Shown here one piece after another: positions 17,742 through 28,097 of a stretch of DNA of 64,000 nucleotides (positions are counted from its first letter, which is position 1; each line of letters begins with the position of its first letter). Position numbers and translations under genes: made by a program. This DNA comes from Acetobacteraceae bacterium (GTDB lineage Bacteria; Pseudomonadota; Alphaproteobacteria; Acetobacterales; Acetobacteraceae), in NCBI GenBank assembly GCA_963692975.2, contig CAXMMR010000027.1:40887-104886 (forward strand), read 5' to 3'. The notes under the pieces are model-generated. The model saw nothing but the letters and a program-made list of their open reading frames with translations. It had not been told where the DNA came from and did no database searches.

Positions 17742-20700
17742 TCAATACTCGAATTGATACGTCAGCCCAACGGAGCTCCCCGGATCGTTCTCCGGCGTCG
17801 CCCCCTGCGTCGTGCCACCCCCGGTGCCGACCGTGGTCTGCAGCTTCAGCCGCCGCGTAAGATCGACCTGCACCTGCGCCTGGGTGCCGCCCGAAGTGCC
17901 CTGCTTGGCGCCGACATAGACGCCCTTGGCGACGTAGCGTCCCGCCTGCACCGAGGCGCCCGAGCCCGACGTGCCGCCGCCCACCGAGAGCCGGTCCAGC
18001 CCGAGCCGCTTGCGCACGCTGCCGAGCACGTCCCCGCCGCCGCCGCCCACGCCGCTGATCTCGGCCAGCGCGCCGGCGATCTCGGCGATCTGGAAGGCCG
18101 ACAGCTTCGAGGTCGAGGTGTGGAACAGCAGGTAGGCCAGCACCTCGTCCTGCGGCAGCTCGGGCGTGGAGGACAGGCTGATCTTCGGCGCGTCGGCATA
18201 GCCGGTGATCTTCAGCGTCGCGGTGGTGCTGCCCGAGGTGCTGTCGGCCTCGAAATCCAGCGTCGGGTCGATCTTGCCGGCAACCCCGGTGCCGTCGAAG
18301 CCGACCCGCCCCTTGGTGAAGGTGAGCGTCGTGCCGGCGAGCGAGAAGCTGCCTTGCCGCAGATCAAACCCGCCGCCGATCTGCGGCGTCGCGGTGGTGC
18401 CGCCGACGGTGAGCTTGCCGCCGAGCTCGGCATCGAGCCCGTGGCCGCGCACGAACACCTGCCCCGGCGCGTCGACGTCGAGCGCCAGCCCGATCAGCAG
18501 CGCCGGGCCGGTGGCGGCAGCCGGCGGCTTGTCGCCAGGGCGCCGGACATCGAGCTTGGCGACCGAGGGCGGAAAGCTGTTGGGGATGTTGATGTCGGCC
18601 CGCTCGATCGTGATCTTGCCGCCGGCATCGACCCGGCTCTTCGCCTGGCCGCGCACGTAGAGGTCGGCGTCGAGCGTGGCGGTGAGCAGGTCCGAGGCGA
18701 GCGGGCGGGCATGGTGCATGGTCAGCACGATGTCGACCGGGATGGTGGGTGCCAGCGCGCCGACCGTGCCATGCGCCTCGATCGTGCCCGGCCCCGCGGT
18801 CGCGGTCAGCGAAGCCAGCGTGATCGTCTGCCCGCTCGCCTCGATCAGCGCCGCGACGTCGGTCAGCCGCAGCCCCTGCGCGTAGTCCTGCACGTCGCCG
18901 CCGGTCAGCCGCACCGTGCCGGCGAGCTGCGGCGCCGCCACCGTGCCGCGGGCGGCGAGGTCGAGCGCCAGCATGCCGCGCACCCGCCGGCCGCCGGCCT
19001 CCAGGATCGGGTTGAACAAGGCAAGGTCGAGGCTGCCGGTGGTCCTGACATCCAGCGCCCCGGCGGCCGCCAGCGGCACGGTGCCGGCGGCGACGAGGCG
19101 CAGCTTCGGCCCGGCATCGACATGCGCATCCAGCCGCGCCGTGTGGCCGTTCAGCGCCACGGTGGCGAGCGCGTTGGCGGCCGGCAGGGCGGCGGCGTTG
19201 CCGCTGCGATCGCGCAGGTCTCGGGCGACGACGCGAACGGTGCCATCGGGCGCGGCGATGCTGCCGGCGAGCCGGGCATCGGCGCTGATCGACCCGTCCG
19301 CCTGCAACCCGGGCGAAAACGGTTTTGCCAGCGCCGGCGTAACGTTGCGCAGCTGCGCCGTCAGGTCGAGCTTCGGGGTGATGGAGCCCGCCAGCGCCAG
19401 GCTCGCCTGCTGGAGCGACAGCCGCAAATGGTCCACCGAAACCCCGTCGCCGAAGCTGATCCGCGCCGGCGCGACAAGGCGCAGCGGCAGCGTCTTGTAG
19501 TCCGCGGCCAGGCTGGCGAGGGTCAGCGTCTTGCCCTTGGCATCGAGCCTGGCGGCTGCCGTGACGTTGGCGTCCGCGCCCGCGACGTGCAGCAGCGCGC
19601 CGAGCTTGAGCGCCAGCGCCGTCTGCGGCCCGTCCGCCGAGAGCGTCGCGTTGCCGGTAATGCCGTTGGCGGCGATCCCGTCGGCGTGGAGCGCCAGCGT
19701 GACAATGGGGTCGGTCGTCGCCTCGCGCACCGTGCCGGCGAGCGTCAGGTGGCCGACCCGCTCGGCCGCGAGCCCGGCATCCCGCGCATCGAGCTGCACC
19801 TTGACCACGTCGGCCAACCGGACATCGGCGTCGAGCGCGCCGGTGATCGGTTGATGCACCAGCCCCGCAAGGTCGGCCAGCCGCGGCGCCCGCAGACTGA
19901 CGCTGCCGGTCGGCAATGTCGCGCCCTTGGCCAGCGACACATCGGCCCTCGCTGCGATCGACTTCCAGTCCGCGCGGTCAAGCACGACGTGCAGCGTGCC
20001 GTCATCGCCGCGGTCGGCCTTGGCAGCCAGGGTGAGCGCCGCCCCTTCGAGCGTCGCCGCGGCGTTCAGCGTGCCGGCCGGCTTGCCCGGCAGCCCGACC
20101 ACATGGGCGGCGAGCGTGAGCGGCGCCGGCGCGAACCCGGTCGTGCCGAGCACGCCGTGAGCCGTCGCGTCCACCCCCAGCGTCGTCGGCGGCCCCGCCA
20201 CGTGCCCGGCCGCGTCCACATGCCCGGACACGCCCGGCGCCAGCACCGCCAAGTCCGACAGCGCCACCGTCCAGTCGATGTCGAGCGCCCCCGCATCGTC
20301 CGAGCCGCTCGCGCCCACGTGCAGCGTCCGCCCGGCAACATCGACCCGGTGGATCACGATGTTGCCGTCATCGAGGCTGACCGCGGCCGCGATCTTGGCG
20401 TCGTCGCCGATCAGCCCGGGCACCGGCTTGAGCCCGCCGGTGACGCTGGCCAGCCCCGCGATCGTCACGTCGATCCGCCGCCCGACCTCGGCCAGCGTCG
20501 CGTCCACGCTCGCATGCCCGTCCAGCGCAATGCCGCCGACCGCCGCCAGCGGCGTCATGTCCGGGATCACCGCATGCGCGTGCCCAGCCAGCGCGCCGCC
20601 GGTGTCGACCGTGCCGGCAAGCTGCAGCAGCGGATGCGCCAGCGTAAAGGCGACCGGTCGCGCCGCCGCGTCGAGCTGAACATGCGCGGTGAGCTTCACC

Positions 20701-21773
20701 GGGTCCGCCGCCAGCACGTCCGGCTTCGGCCCCGGTATCGTCAGCGCAACGAGCGAGGCGGCGAGGTCGACCACCCCCTTGTTGCCGCTCACCTCCGCCC
20801 GCAGCGTGCCGACCCCCGCCCCGCCCGCGGCAAGGCGGTCGATCAGTACATGCGCGACCGCGTCCGGCGCGCTGAACGGCCCGTGCACATGCGCCGCGAC
20901 GTCGATCTTCTGCCAGGCGACGTCCGGCCTCGGCGTCATCGCCGGCGCGCTCGCCGCCAGGTCGACGTCGGCCTGGCTGCCCGGGATGTCGACGCTGCCA
21001 TGCGCGTCCGCGTGCAGCGGCCCGGCCGCCAGCGCCAGCTTCAGCCGCTCGGCGCTGCGCGGCCCGGCCACATCAAGCCGCAGCGTCAACGGCCCGCCCA
21101 GCGCCGGCAGCTTGCCGAGCGAAGCGATCAGCCCCGCCGGCGGCTCGTCCGCCGTCACATGCGCGTCGATCCGCGCCTCGTTCACCACCCCATCCACCCG
21201 ATACGTGCCCGTCGCATCCAGCCGGTCGGCAGCGATCTCGGCGCTGCCAATGGTGAGCGTGTCCAGATGCGCCCGCCCGGCGAGCTTCAGCACCGCCGCC
21301 ACGCCCGCGACCGGCTGCCCAAGGCTGAACCGCGCCACCGCCAAGTGCTCCACCGTCACCCGCACCGGCAGATGAAACGGTTTGGACGACGCCGGCGCCG
21401 GCTTGCCAGTCGCCGGCGCAGGCGCCGCGACCGGCAGGCGGAGAAACGCCGCGCCGGACGCCGTCAGCGACTGGATGCTCGCCGAGCGGCCCAGCAGCGC
21501 CAACGGCGACCAGTCGAGCGCCAGATCGTCCGCGCTCGCATAAACCCCCTGCGCGTCGGCCACCGCCAGGTGGCGCACCCGCAACGCGTCTGGAAACCGC
21601 CCACCCAGCCCCTCGATCGTCACCATCCCACCGGTCAGCGACCGCGCCTCACGCTCGATCAGCCGCCGGCCGGGATCGACATTCACCAGCACCAGTATCG
21701 CAATGACAAGCAGCAAAGGCAGCGCGATCAGCGCTGCTACGATCCATAAGCAAACTTTGAGAAAGCGACGCAT
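17742..21773 (-). CDS. tamB: Translocation and assembly module protein TamB
   Basis: ATG at 21773 (MRRFLKVCLWIVAALIALPLLLVIAILVL signal anchor). It is a very long beta-rich protein with a C-terminal DUF490-like end ...RYVAKGVYVGAKQG...LTRRLKLQTTVG...GLTYQFEY, and it lies downstream of tamA. Confidence 0.85.
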   Translation of the reverse strand: MRRFLKVCLWIVAALIALPLLLVIAILVLVNVDPGRRLIEREARSLTGGMVTIEGLGGRFPDALRVRHLAVADAQGVYASADDLALDWSPLALLGRSASIQSLTASGAAFLRLPVAAPAPATGKPAPASSKPFHLPVRVTVEHLAVARFSLGQPVAGVAAVLKLAGRAHLDTLTIGSAEIAADRLDATGTYRVDGVVNEARIDAHVTADEPPAGLIASLGKLPALGGPLTLRLDVAGPRSAERLKLALAAGPLHADAHGSVDIPGSQADVDLAASAPAMTPRPDVAWQKIDVAAHVHGPFSAPDAVAHVLIDRLAAGGAGVGTLRAEVSGNKGVVDLAASLVALTIPGPKPDVLAADPVKLTAHVQLDAAARPVAFTLAHPLLQLAGTVDTGGALAGHAHAVIPDMTPLAAVGGIALDGHASVDATLAEVGRRIDVTIAGLASVTGGLKPVPGLIGDDAKIAAAVSLDDGNIVIHRVDVAGRTLHVGASGSDDAGALDIDWTVALSDLAVLAPGVSGHVDAAGHVAGPPTTLGVDATAHGVLGTTGFAPAPLTLAAHVVGLPGKPAGTLNAAATLEGAALTLAAKADRGDDGTLHVVLDRADWKSIAARADVSLAKGATLPTGSVSLRAPRLADLAGLVHQPITGALDADVRLADVVKVQLDARDAGLAAERVGHLTLAGTVREATTDPIVTLALHADGIAANGITGNATLSADGPQTALALKLGALLHVAGADANVTAAARLDAKGKTLTLASLAADYKTLPLRLVAPARISFGDGVSVDHLRLSLQQASLALAGSITPKLDLTAQLRNVTPALAKPFSPGLQADGSISADARLAGSIAAPDGTVRVVARDLRDRSGNAAALPAANALATVALNGHTARLDAHVDAGPKLRLVAAGTVPLAAAGALDVRTTGSLDLALFNPILEAGGRRVRGMLALDLAARGTVAAPQLAGTVRLTGGDVQDYAQGLRLTDVAALIEASGQTITLASLTATAGPGTIEAHGTVGALAPTIPVDIVLTMHHARPLASDLLTATLDADLYVRGQAKSRVDAGGKITIERADINIPNSFPPSVAKLDVRRPGDKPPAAATGPALLIGLALDVDAPGQVFVRGHGLDAELGGKLTVGGTTATPQIGGGFDLRQGSFSLAGTTLTFTKGRVGFDGTGVAGKIDPTLDFEADSTSGSTTATLKITGYADAPKISLSSTPELPQDEVLAYLLFHTSTSKLSAFQIAEIAGALAEISGVGGGGGDVLGSVRKRLGLDRLSVGGGTSGSGASVQAGRYVAKGVYVGAKQGTSGGTQAQVQVDLTRRLKLQTTVGTGGGTTQGATPENDPGSSVGLTYQFEY

Positions 21774-21780
21774 CAGAGGA

Positions 21781-21960
21781 AGGAAGGCCAGAGGCTCTGC
21801 CTCTGGACGGGCACCCATCGCACTCGTGCGATGGGAACCCGGCCGCTGGGGCCCGAGGCCCCAGACCCCATTCGAGTGGGATCCAAGGGCCTCGGGCCGT
21901 CGTGCGCAGCACGCCTTCGCGTGACGTTGGGTCCAGGGCAAAGCCTTGGCCTTCCTTGCT
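21781..21960. repeat. Family-A REP/MITE-like element (variant)
   Basis: AGGAAGGCCAGAGGCTCTGCCTCTGGAC...GCTGGGGCCCGAGGCCCCAGACCCC...GGGTCCAGGGCAAAGCCTTGGCCTTCCTTGC. It lies between tamA and tamB. Confidence 0.85.
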
Positions 21961-21966
21961 TCTCCA

Positions 21967-23847
21967 CTAAAACGCCTGCCCTAGCCCAATATAAATTTCA
22001 TAAGCATCCGTATCCGGCCCTGTGGGCCGGTTCACCGGGACGGCGATGTCGAGCCGGATCGGCCCGATCGGCGTGTAATAGCGCGCGCCGAGTCCGATGC
22101 CGACTCTAAGCGGTCCCTCGAATGGCGCGCTCTGCGCTCCCACCTGCCCGGCATCGGCGAACGCCGCGATCCCCACCGGCCCATACACCCGCTGCCGCAG
22201 CTCGACCGTCGCCGCGTCGATCGAAGCGCCGCCGATCGGCTTGCCGTCCGGGAAGAGCGGGCTGACCGATTGGTAGCGGAAGCCCCGCACCGTCGCCGAC
22301 CCGCCGCCATAGAAGCGTTGGTCGGGCGGCAGCTCGAACTCCGCCGCCCCCTGCGCCGAGCCGACCAGGGCGCGCAGCGCGATCACGGTGTGGCCGGGCT
22401 TGGTCAGGCCGATGCGGGCGACGTCCAGATAGGTCGAGGCGGTGCCCTGCAGGATGGTGAAGAACGCGTCGCCGTCCGAGCCGCCGAGGCTCTCCGTCGG
22501 CGTCGCGATCAGGTTGGCGCGAATGCCGTGCAGCGGGTCGTCGAGCGGGTTGGAGAGCTGCGTGCTGTCGTATTTGGCGGTGAACGGGATGGCGGCCAGC
22601 GTGTAGTTGCGCGTCACCCCCTCCTGGATGATCTGCTCCTGCTCGCCGCTCAGCCCGACGCTGCCGGTCCAGTAACGCGAGAACTTGCGGCTGAGCGAGA
22701 CGCCGGCGGTAAACGCGGTCTGGTCGTAGGCGTCCAGGTTCTGCTTGAGCGCGCCGAGATCGGCCTCGAACTGCTGGTCGCGGCGCAGGAAATCCGGCTT
22801 CAGGAACTGCGCGGTGACGTCGTAGCCCAGCCCCTGGGTCGCGTTGCCGCCGAGCCCCGTCGCAACCGCGCCCAGGTTGAGCTGCTCCGCCTCGCCGAAC
22901 ACGTCGCGGTCCGACCAGGTAACGCCGAGGCTGCCGCCGAGGTCGGTCGAGTAGGCGGCGGTGATCCCGACCACATGGCGCGGCCGCTCGGCGAACACGA
23001 AGTCGAGCGGAAGTTCCCCATTCGGCTGCAGGCTGGCTCCAGGCCGCGCCTGCACCGAGGCGAACACGCCGATCGAGGCGAGGTCCTGCCGCGCCGCCTC
23101 GATCTTGCTCGGCTGGAACTCCTGCCCGGTATGCACCAGCAGCCGCCGCCGGATGAAGCCCGCCCGCACCCGCCCGAGCCCGGCCAGGTGGATGGCGCCG
23201 ATGTCGACGAACGGCCCCGTCGTCGCCGCATAGGCGATGTCGAGCGTGGCGTGCGCGCTGTCCAGCGTCGCGATGGGCGTGGCGACCTTGGCCAGCGCGT
23301 AGCCGTGCTCCTGCAGCGCCGTCTGCAGCCGCCCGCCGGCGGCGAGCACGTCCGAGGCGATCGCCGGCGCCCCCGGCGTCAGCCCCAGCGTCCCGCGCAG
23401 CTCCGGCGGCACGTTGCCGGTAAGCTGCACGCCGCCGATGCGATAGAGCGGCCCGAGCGTGATCCCGACCGCCACCGCCACGCTCTGCCCGCCCGGCACC
23501 GCCGCCAGCTCGCTCGCCAGCGCCGGGTCGTCGACCGGATGCCCGGCGATCGTGATCGCGACCGTGGCGCCATACCGGCCAAAACTCTGCAGCGCGAGCT
23601 GCAGCCGGCCGACATCCTGCTGGGCGCGGCCGATCAGCGCGAAAGGCGGCGCCGGCGCGGTCTTGCGCAACGACACCAGCTGAGCGCTGCCGCTCAGCGC
23701 CGCGTCCAGCCCGGCGTCGCCGGTCTTGGCGATGCTGACGGTGTAAGGCTGCGGATCAGCCGCCCGGGCGCGCCCGCCCAGCGATGCCACCACAGCCATC
23801 AGCACGACGCGCGGGATGAGAGCGCGTCCAGGTCGAGCGGCGAACAT
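21967..23847 (-). CDS. tamA: Outer-membrane Omp85-family translocation and assembly module protein TamA
   Basis: ATG at 23847 (MFAARPGRALIPRVVLMAVVASLGGRARA signal peptide). It has POTRA-like repeats and a surface-antigen barrel ending ...YEIYIGLGQAF. Confidence 0.85.
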   Translation of the reverse strand: MFAARPGRALIPRVVLMAVVASLGGRARAADPQPYTVSIAKTGDAGLDAALSGSAQLVSLRKTAPAPPFALIGRAQQDVGRLQLALQSFGRYGATVAITIAGHPVDDPALASELAAVPGGQSVAVAVGITLGPLYRIGGVQLTGNVPPELRGTLGLTPGAPAIASDVLAAGGRLQTALQEHGYALAKVATPIATLDSAHATLDIAYAATTGPFVDIGAIHLAGLGRVRAGFIRRRLLVHTGQEFQPSKIEAARQDLASIGVFASVQARPGASLQPNGELPLDFVFAERPRHVVGITAAYSTDLGGSLGVTWSDRDVFGEAEQLNLGAVATGLGGNATQGLGYDVTAQFLKPDFLRRDQQFEADLGALKQNLDAYDQTAFTAGVSLSRKFSRYWTGSVGLSGEQEQIIQEGVTRNYTLAAIPFTAKYDSTQLSNPLDDPLHGIRANLIATPTESLGGSDGDAFFTILQGTASTYLDVARIGLTKPGHTVIALRALVGSAQGAAEFELPPDQRFYGGGSATVRGFRYQSVSPLFPDGKPIGGASIDAATVELRQRVYGPVGIAAFADAGQVGAQSAPFEGPLRVGIGLGARYYTPIGPIRLDIAVPVNRPTGPDTDAYEIYIGLGQAF

Positions 23848-23886
23848 GGCCGCAGTCCCTAGCAGCCCGCGGGAAAAGACTGAAGC

Positions 23887-23942
23887 AAGGGAAGGCCAGG
23901 GCTCTGCCCTGGACCCGCTGGGGCCGGAAGGCCCCAGACCCC
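23887..23942. repeat. Family-A half-element (terminal module only)
   Basis: AAGGGAAGGCCAGGGCTCTGCCCTGGACCCGCTGGGGCCGGAAGGCCCCAGACCCC. It is the inverted partner of 24179..24233. Confidence 0.85.
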
Positions 23943-24013
23943 GACACGATCGGGACGACACCCGGATTGTGCTAACAATTCTCTGGGCTGAGGCCATCCC
24001 CGAGCCGCGCCGA

Positions 24014-24037
24014 AAATCTTGCCTTTAGGCAAGATTT
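24014..24037. terminator. Orphan AT-rich hairpin (10-bp stem) with T-runs on both strands
   Basis: AAATCTTGCC-TTTA-GGCAAGATTT is followed by ATATAA on the + strand and by TTCGG on the - strand. It sits between the divergent tamA and plsC-like genes, so no annotated gene ends here. Confidence 0.35.
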
Positions 24038-24178
24038 ATATAACCCATTGATTTCACGACGCTACGCTGGGAAAAATGGGGCGACAGTACCATACGCTCG
24101 GTTGCTAACCACCCCGTAAATCTTGCGGTATTTCACCTCAGACCAACCACGTAGCTATGTAGAACATCCGTCATGATC

Positions 24179-24233
24179 GGGGTCTGGGGCCTCCCGGCCC
24201 CAGCGGGTCGAGGGCAGAGCCCTCGCCTTCCTT
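24179..24233. repeat. Family-A half-element (terminal module only)
   Basis: GGGGTCTGGGGCCTCCCGGCCCCAGCGGGTCGAGGGCAGAGCCCTCGCCTTCCTTCC. It is the inverted partner of 23887..23942. Confidence 0.85.
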
Positions 24234-24321
24234 CCCTCCTGCTCTTCCCTGGCCAAGCGTGATCATTGATGCGCAATGTTACACGCGGTATCGAGGTCGG
24301 GCGTGGAGCTTGCAGGAGCCG

Positions 24322-25359
24322 ATGGACACTCAGCCCGCCCTGATCGACCTGCGCGGCCCGGCTTGCGGCTCGCCGCTGAAAGCCGACTCGGCCTGCCCGG
24401 GCTCGGCCCGGCCCCGCCTGGTGCCTGCTGCGGACGCCCCCGAAGCCTGGCCGGCCAGGCACCGCCAGATCGTGCGCCGCCTGCGCGCCGCGCGCCGCAT
24501 CGCCTTCGTGCTGCTGCTGACGCCGGCCGCCTGCGTCGTCCAATGGCTGCTGCTGCGTCTGCCCGGCCAGGGCCCACGCGCCCCCAAGGTGCGCTTCGCC
24601 CGCTTCTACTGGTCGATGATCTGCCGCATCATCGGCTTGCGGGTGCGCGTCGTCGGCGAGCCCGCGTCCGGCGGCGGCCGCCCGGTGGTGTTCGCTATCA
24701 ATCACACCTCCTGGCTCGACATCCCCGCGGTCGGCGGCATCCTGCCCGGCTGCTTCGTCTCCAAGGACGACGTCGCGACCTGGCCCGCGGTCGGCACCGT
24801 CGCCCGCCTCGGCCGCAGCGTCTTCGTCAGCCGCCAGCGCTCGGCCACCGGGCGCGAGCGCGCCGACATGCGCCAGCGCCTCGCCGACGGCGACAACCTG
24901 GTGCTGTTCCCCGAGGGCACCAGCTCGGACGGCTCGCGCGTGCTGCCGTTCCGCTCCTCGTTCTTCGCCGTGACCGACGGCGACAACCCGCCTCTCGTCC
25001 AGCCGGCCTCGCTGGTCTACGACCGCCTGGCCGGTCTGCCGGTCGGCCGGGCCAGCCGCTCGGCCTTCGCCTGGTATGGCGACATGGACCTCGCGCCGCA
25101 TGTCTGGCGGCTGGTGCAGTGGCGCGGCCTGCGCGCGACCCTGCTGCTGCACGCGCCGCTGGAGCCGGCGGCGTTCGAGGACCGCAAGGCGCTCGCCGCC
25201 GCCTGCCACGCCGCGGTCGCCGAGGGCGCGGCGTCGCTGCGCCAGAACCGCCCGGCCACGGTGCTCCCCTGCCCGCCCGCCTGCGCGCCGGCGCGCGTGC
25301 CATCCGCCTGCCCCGCCGCCAGCCTGCCCGAATGCGCGCTGACCACCGCTTTCGCCTGA
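24322..25359 (+). CDS. Lysophospholipid (1-acyl-sn-glycerol-3-phosphate) acyltransferase family protein
   Basis: ATG at 24322 after GGAG. VVFAINHTSWLDIPAV carries the HX4D motif, and ...NLVLFPEGTSSDG carries the EGT motif. Confidence 0.8.
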   Translation: MDTQPALIDLRGPACGSPLKADSACPGSARPRLVPAADAPEAWPARHRQIVRRLRAARRIAFVLLLTPAACVVQWLLLRLPGQGPRAPKVRFARFYWSMICRIIGLRVRVVGEPASGGGRPVVFAINHTSWLDIPAVGGILPGCFVSKDDVATWPAVGTVARLGRSVFVSRQRSATGRERADMRQRLADGDNLVLFPEGTSSDGSRVLPFRSSFFAVTDGDNPPLVQPASLVYDRLAGLPVGRASRSAFAWYGDMDLAPHVWRLVQWRGLRATLLLHAPLEPAAFEDRKALAAACHAAVAEGAASLRQNRPATVLPCPPACAPARVPSACPAASLPECALTTAFA

Positions 25360-25404
25360 CCTCTTTCGCTTGACCTCTTTCGCTTGACCTCTTTCGCTTG
25401 ACTC
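25357..25404. repeat. 14-bp tandem repeat (TGACCTCTTTCGCT) x3 plus a partial unit
   Basis: Read directly from the sequence. The first unit contains the acyltransferase stop codon. Confidence 0.9.
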
Positions 25405-25629
25405 TGGGCCGCCGCAGTCCGGACACTCCGAACCGGCACCGCATAGGGACCAGGGCACTGGAGTCGAGCACGCCGACCACCGCCGGATCCCGGCCCGCTT
25501 GACCACCCTGGCTTACGCCCGCCCGGCGGTCGGATCATCGTCTCGGGCTCGCGGGCCTTGACGCCTCGCCTGCGCCGCCCCTCCTGCACGGACAGCGCCG
25601 ATGCCGCTCGGCGCGCGGAGCCGATCGCC

Positions 25630-27051
25630 ATGCCGAAGCGCCTGCACGTGGTCACCTGGGGCTGCCAGATGAACGTGTACGACAGCGGCCGGATGGCCGA
25701 CGTGCTGGGGCCGCTCGGCTATGCTCCGGCCGATGGCGTCGAGGACGCCGACATGGTGATCCTCAACACTTGCCACATCCGCGAGCGCGCCGCCGAGAAG
25801 TTGTTCTCTGAGCTCGGCCGCCTGCGCCTGGTCAAGCAGGCCCGCGCCGAGGCCGGCCAGGCGACCATTCTTGCCGTCGCCGGCTGCGTCGCCCAGGCGG
25901 AGGGTGCGGAGATCATCGCCCGCGCCCCCTATGTCGACATCGTGCTCGGCCCGCAGACCTACCACCGCCTGCCGCAAATGGTCGCCGAGGCGTCGCGCGC
26001 GGCGGGAGCCGTCATCGACACCGACTTCCCGCTCGAGAGCAAGTTCGACCACCTGCCCGAAGCGACCGCGGCGCCGGCGGGCCTCACCGCCTTCCTCTCC
26101 ATCCAGGAGGGCTGCGACAAGTTCTGCTCGTTCTGCGTGGTGCCGTTCACCCGCGGCGCCGAGATGAGCCGCCCGGCGGCGGCGGTGCTGGCCGAGGCGC
26201 GCCGCCTGGTCGCCGCCGGCGCCCGCGAGCTCACCCTGCTCGGCCAGAACGTCAACGCCTGGCACGGCGCAGCCCCCGCTGGCGCAAGCGCTGGCGCCAG
26301 CGGGGGCGGCGCCTGGAGCCTCGGCCGGCTGGTCCACGCCCTGGCCGCCATACCGAACCTGCTGCGCATCCGCTACACCACCTCGCACCCGCGCGACATG
26401 GATGACGACCTGATCACCGCCCATCGCGACGTGCCCCAGCTGATGCCCTTCCTGCACCTCCCAGTGCAGTCCGGCTCGGACGCGGTGCTCGCCCGAATGA
26501 ACCGCCGCCACACCGCCGACGACTACCGCCGCCTGGTCGACCGCCTGCGCGCCGCCCGCCCCGACCTCGCGCTGTCGTCGGACTTCATCGTCGGCCACCC
26601 CGGCGAGACCGACGCCGACCACGCGGCGAGCCTCGCCTTGATCCGCGAGGTCGGCTTCGCCCAGGCCTTCAGCTTCAAATACTCGCCCCGCCCGGGCACC
26701 GTCGCCGCCGGCGCGCCGCGCCAGGTCGCGGAGGCGGTCAAGGACGAGCGCCTGCAGTCGCTGCAGGCACTGCTGCGCGAGCAGCAGCACGCCTTCAATC
26801 GCGCCTGCGAAGGCGTCGTCATGCCGGTGCTGTTCACCGGCGCGGGCCGCCGGCCGAACCAGGCGGGCGGCCGCTCGCCCTACCTCCAGCCCGTGCATAT
26901 CGAGCTGCCGCCCGGCCTGCCCGCCGCCGCGCTCGCCGGGCGCGAGACGCCGGTGACGATCCTCGCCGGACACCCCAATTCACTGTCGGCCACCCTCGAT
27001 CCCGCACAGGATCGGCCGGCCGGCCATCTTCAGGAGAGAGCCTGCGCTTGA
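25630..27051 (+). CDS. miaB: tRNA-2-methylthio-N6-dimethylallyladenosine synthase MiaB
   Basis: [22 protein letters not shown]...ILNTCHIRE...[19 protein letters not shown] carries the radical-SAM CxxxCxxC motif. Confidence 0.92.
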   Translation: MPKRLHVVTWGCQMNVYDSGRMADVLGPLGYAPADGVEDADMVILNTCHIRERAAEKLFSELGRLRLVKQARAEAGQATILAVAGCVAQAEGAEIIARAPYVDIVLGPQTYHRLPQMVAEASRAAGAVIDTDFPLESKFDHLPEATAAPAGLTAFLSIQEGCDKFCSFCVVPFTRGAEMSRPAAAVLAEARRLVAAGARELTLLGQNVNAWHGAAPAGASAGASGGGAWSLGRLVHALAAIPNLLRIRYTTSHPRDMDDDLITAHRDVPQLMPFLHLPVQSGSDAVLARMNRRHTADDYRRLVDRLRAARPDLALSSDFIVGHPGETDADHAASLALIREVGFAQAFSFKYSPRPGTVAAGAPRQVAEAVKDERLQSLQALLREQQHAFNRACEGVVMPVLFTGAGRRPNQAGGRSPYLQPVHIELPPGLPAAALAGRETPVTILAGHPNSLSATLDPAQDRPAGHLQERACA

Positions 27052-28097
27052 CCATCCTCGCCCCGCCCCGGCCCGCCAGTCCCGATGCCGCGCCCGGCCG
27101 CGCGACCCTGCACTTCGCCGACAATGCCCTGCTGGGGCTTCTGCTCGGCGACCATGACCGCCACCTGGTCCGCATCGAGCAGGGTTTTGGCGTGCGGGTG
27201 TCGTGTCGCGGCAACCGGGTTGCGATCAGCGGCGACCCGGCTCGCGTCGAGGCGGCGCAACAGGCGCTGACCAACCTCTACCAGCGCCTGCAGGGCGGCC
27301 AAAGCGTCCAGCTCGGCGACGTCGATGCGGCGATCCGGATGGCCGAGGCGGCCGACGGCGACCCCCGCCTGCCGCTCTCCGACCTGCCCGCGATCCGCAC
27401 CCGCCGCGGCGCCGTCGGCCCGCGCAGCCCTGGCCAGCACGCCTACATGGAGCTGCTCGGCCGCGCCGAAATGGTGTTCGCCCTCGGCCCCGCCGGCACC
27501 GGCAAGACCTACCTCGCGGTCGCCCAGGCCGTCGCCATGCTGCTCGCCGGCCGCGTCGACCGCATCGTGCTGTCCCGCCCCGCCGTCGAGGCCGGCGAGC
27601 GCCTCGGCTTCCTGCCCGGCGACCTCAAGGAGAAGGTCGACCCCTATCTCCGCCCGCTCTACGACGCGCTGAACGACATGCTGCCCGGCGAGCAGGTGAT
27701 CCGCCGCATGGGCGCCGGCGAGATCGAGGTCGCCCCGCTCGCTTTTATGCGCGGCAGAACGCTGGCCCATGCCTTCGTCATCCTCGACGAGGCGCAGAAC
27801 ACCACCCCGGCGCAGATGAAGATGTTCCTCACCCGTATGGGCGAGGGCACCCGCATGGTGATCACCGGCGACCTCACCCAGGTCGACCTGCCGCCCGGCG
27901 CCCGCTCCGGCCTGCGTGACGCCATCGACACGGTGGAGGGCGTCGCCGGCATCGGCGTCGCCCGCTTCGACGTCCGCGACGTCGTGCGCCATCCGCTGGT
28001 CGGACGCATCGTCGACGCCTATGATCAGCGCGCGGCGGCCGAGCGGGACACCTCCCGCCACAGGACGCGCCCGGAGACAGATGGAACCTCGAAGTAG
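27048..28097 (+). CDS. phoH: PhoH-family ATPase (YbeZ)
   Basis: TTG start overlapping the miaB stop. It has [12 protein letters not shown] (Walker A), ...[32 protein letters not shown] and ILDEAQN. Confidence 0.9.
   Translation: MTILAPPRPASPDAAPGRATLHFADNALLGLLLGDHDRHLVRIEQGFGVRVSCRGNRVAISGDPARVEAAQQALTNLYQRLQGGQSVQLGDVDAAIRMAEAADGDPRLPLSDLPAIRTRRGAVGPRSPGQHAYMELLGRAEMVFALGPAGTGKTYLAVAQAVAMLLAGRVDRIVLSRPAVEAGERLGFLPGDLKEKVDPYLRPLYDALNDMLPGEQVIRRMGAGEIEVAPLAFMRGRTLAHAFVILDEAQNTTPAQMKMFLTRMGEGTRMVITGDLTQVDLPPGARSGLRDAIDTVEGVAGIGVARFDVRDVVRHPLVGRIVDAYDQRAAAERDTSRHRTRPETDGTSK

Noticed and set aside
17754-21749. 1331-aa ORF on the + strand, the largest in the track
   Set aside because: It is exactly antisense to tamB. 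Its Arg/Pro/Gly/Ala-dominated low-complexity composition is typical of shadow ORFs in very GC-rich DNA. The tamB frame has clear family features.
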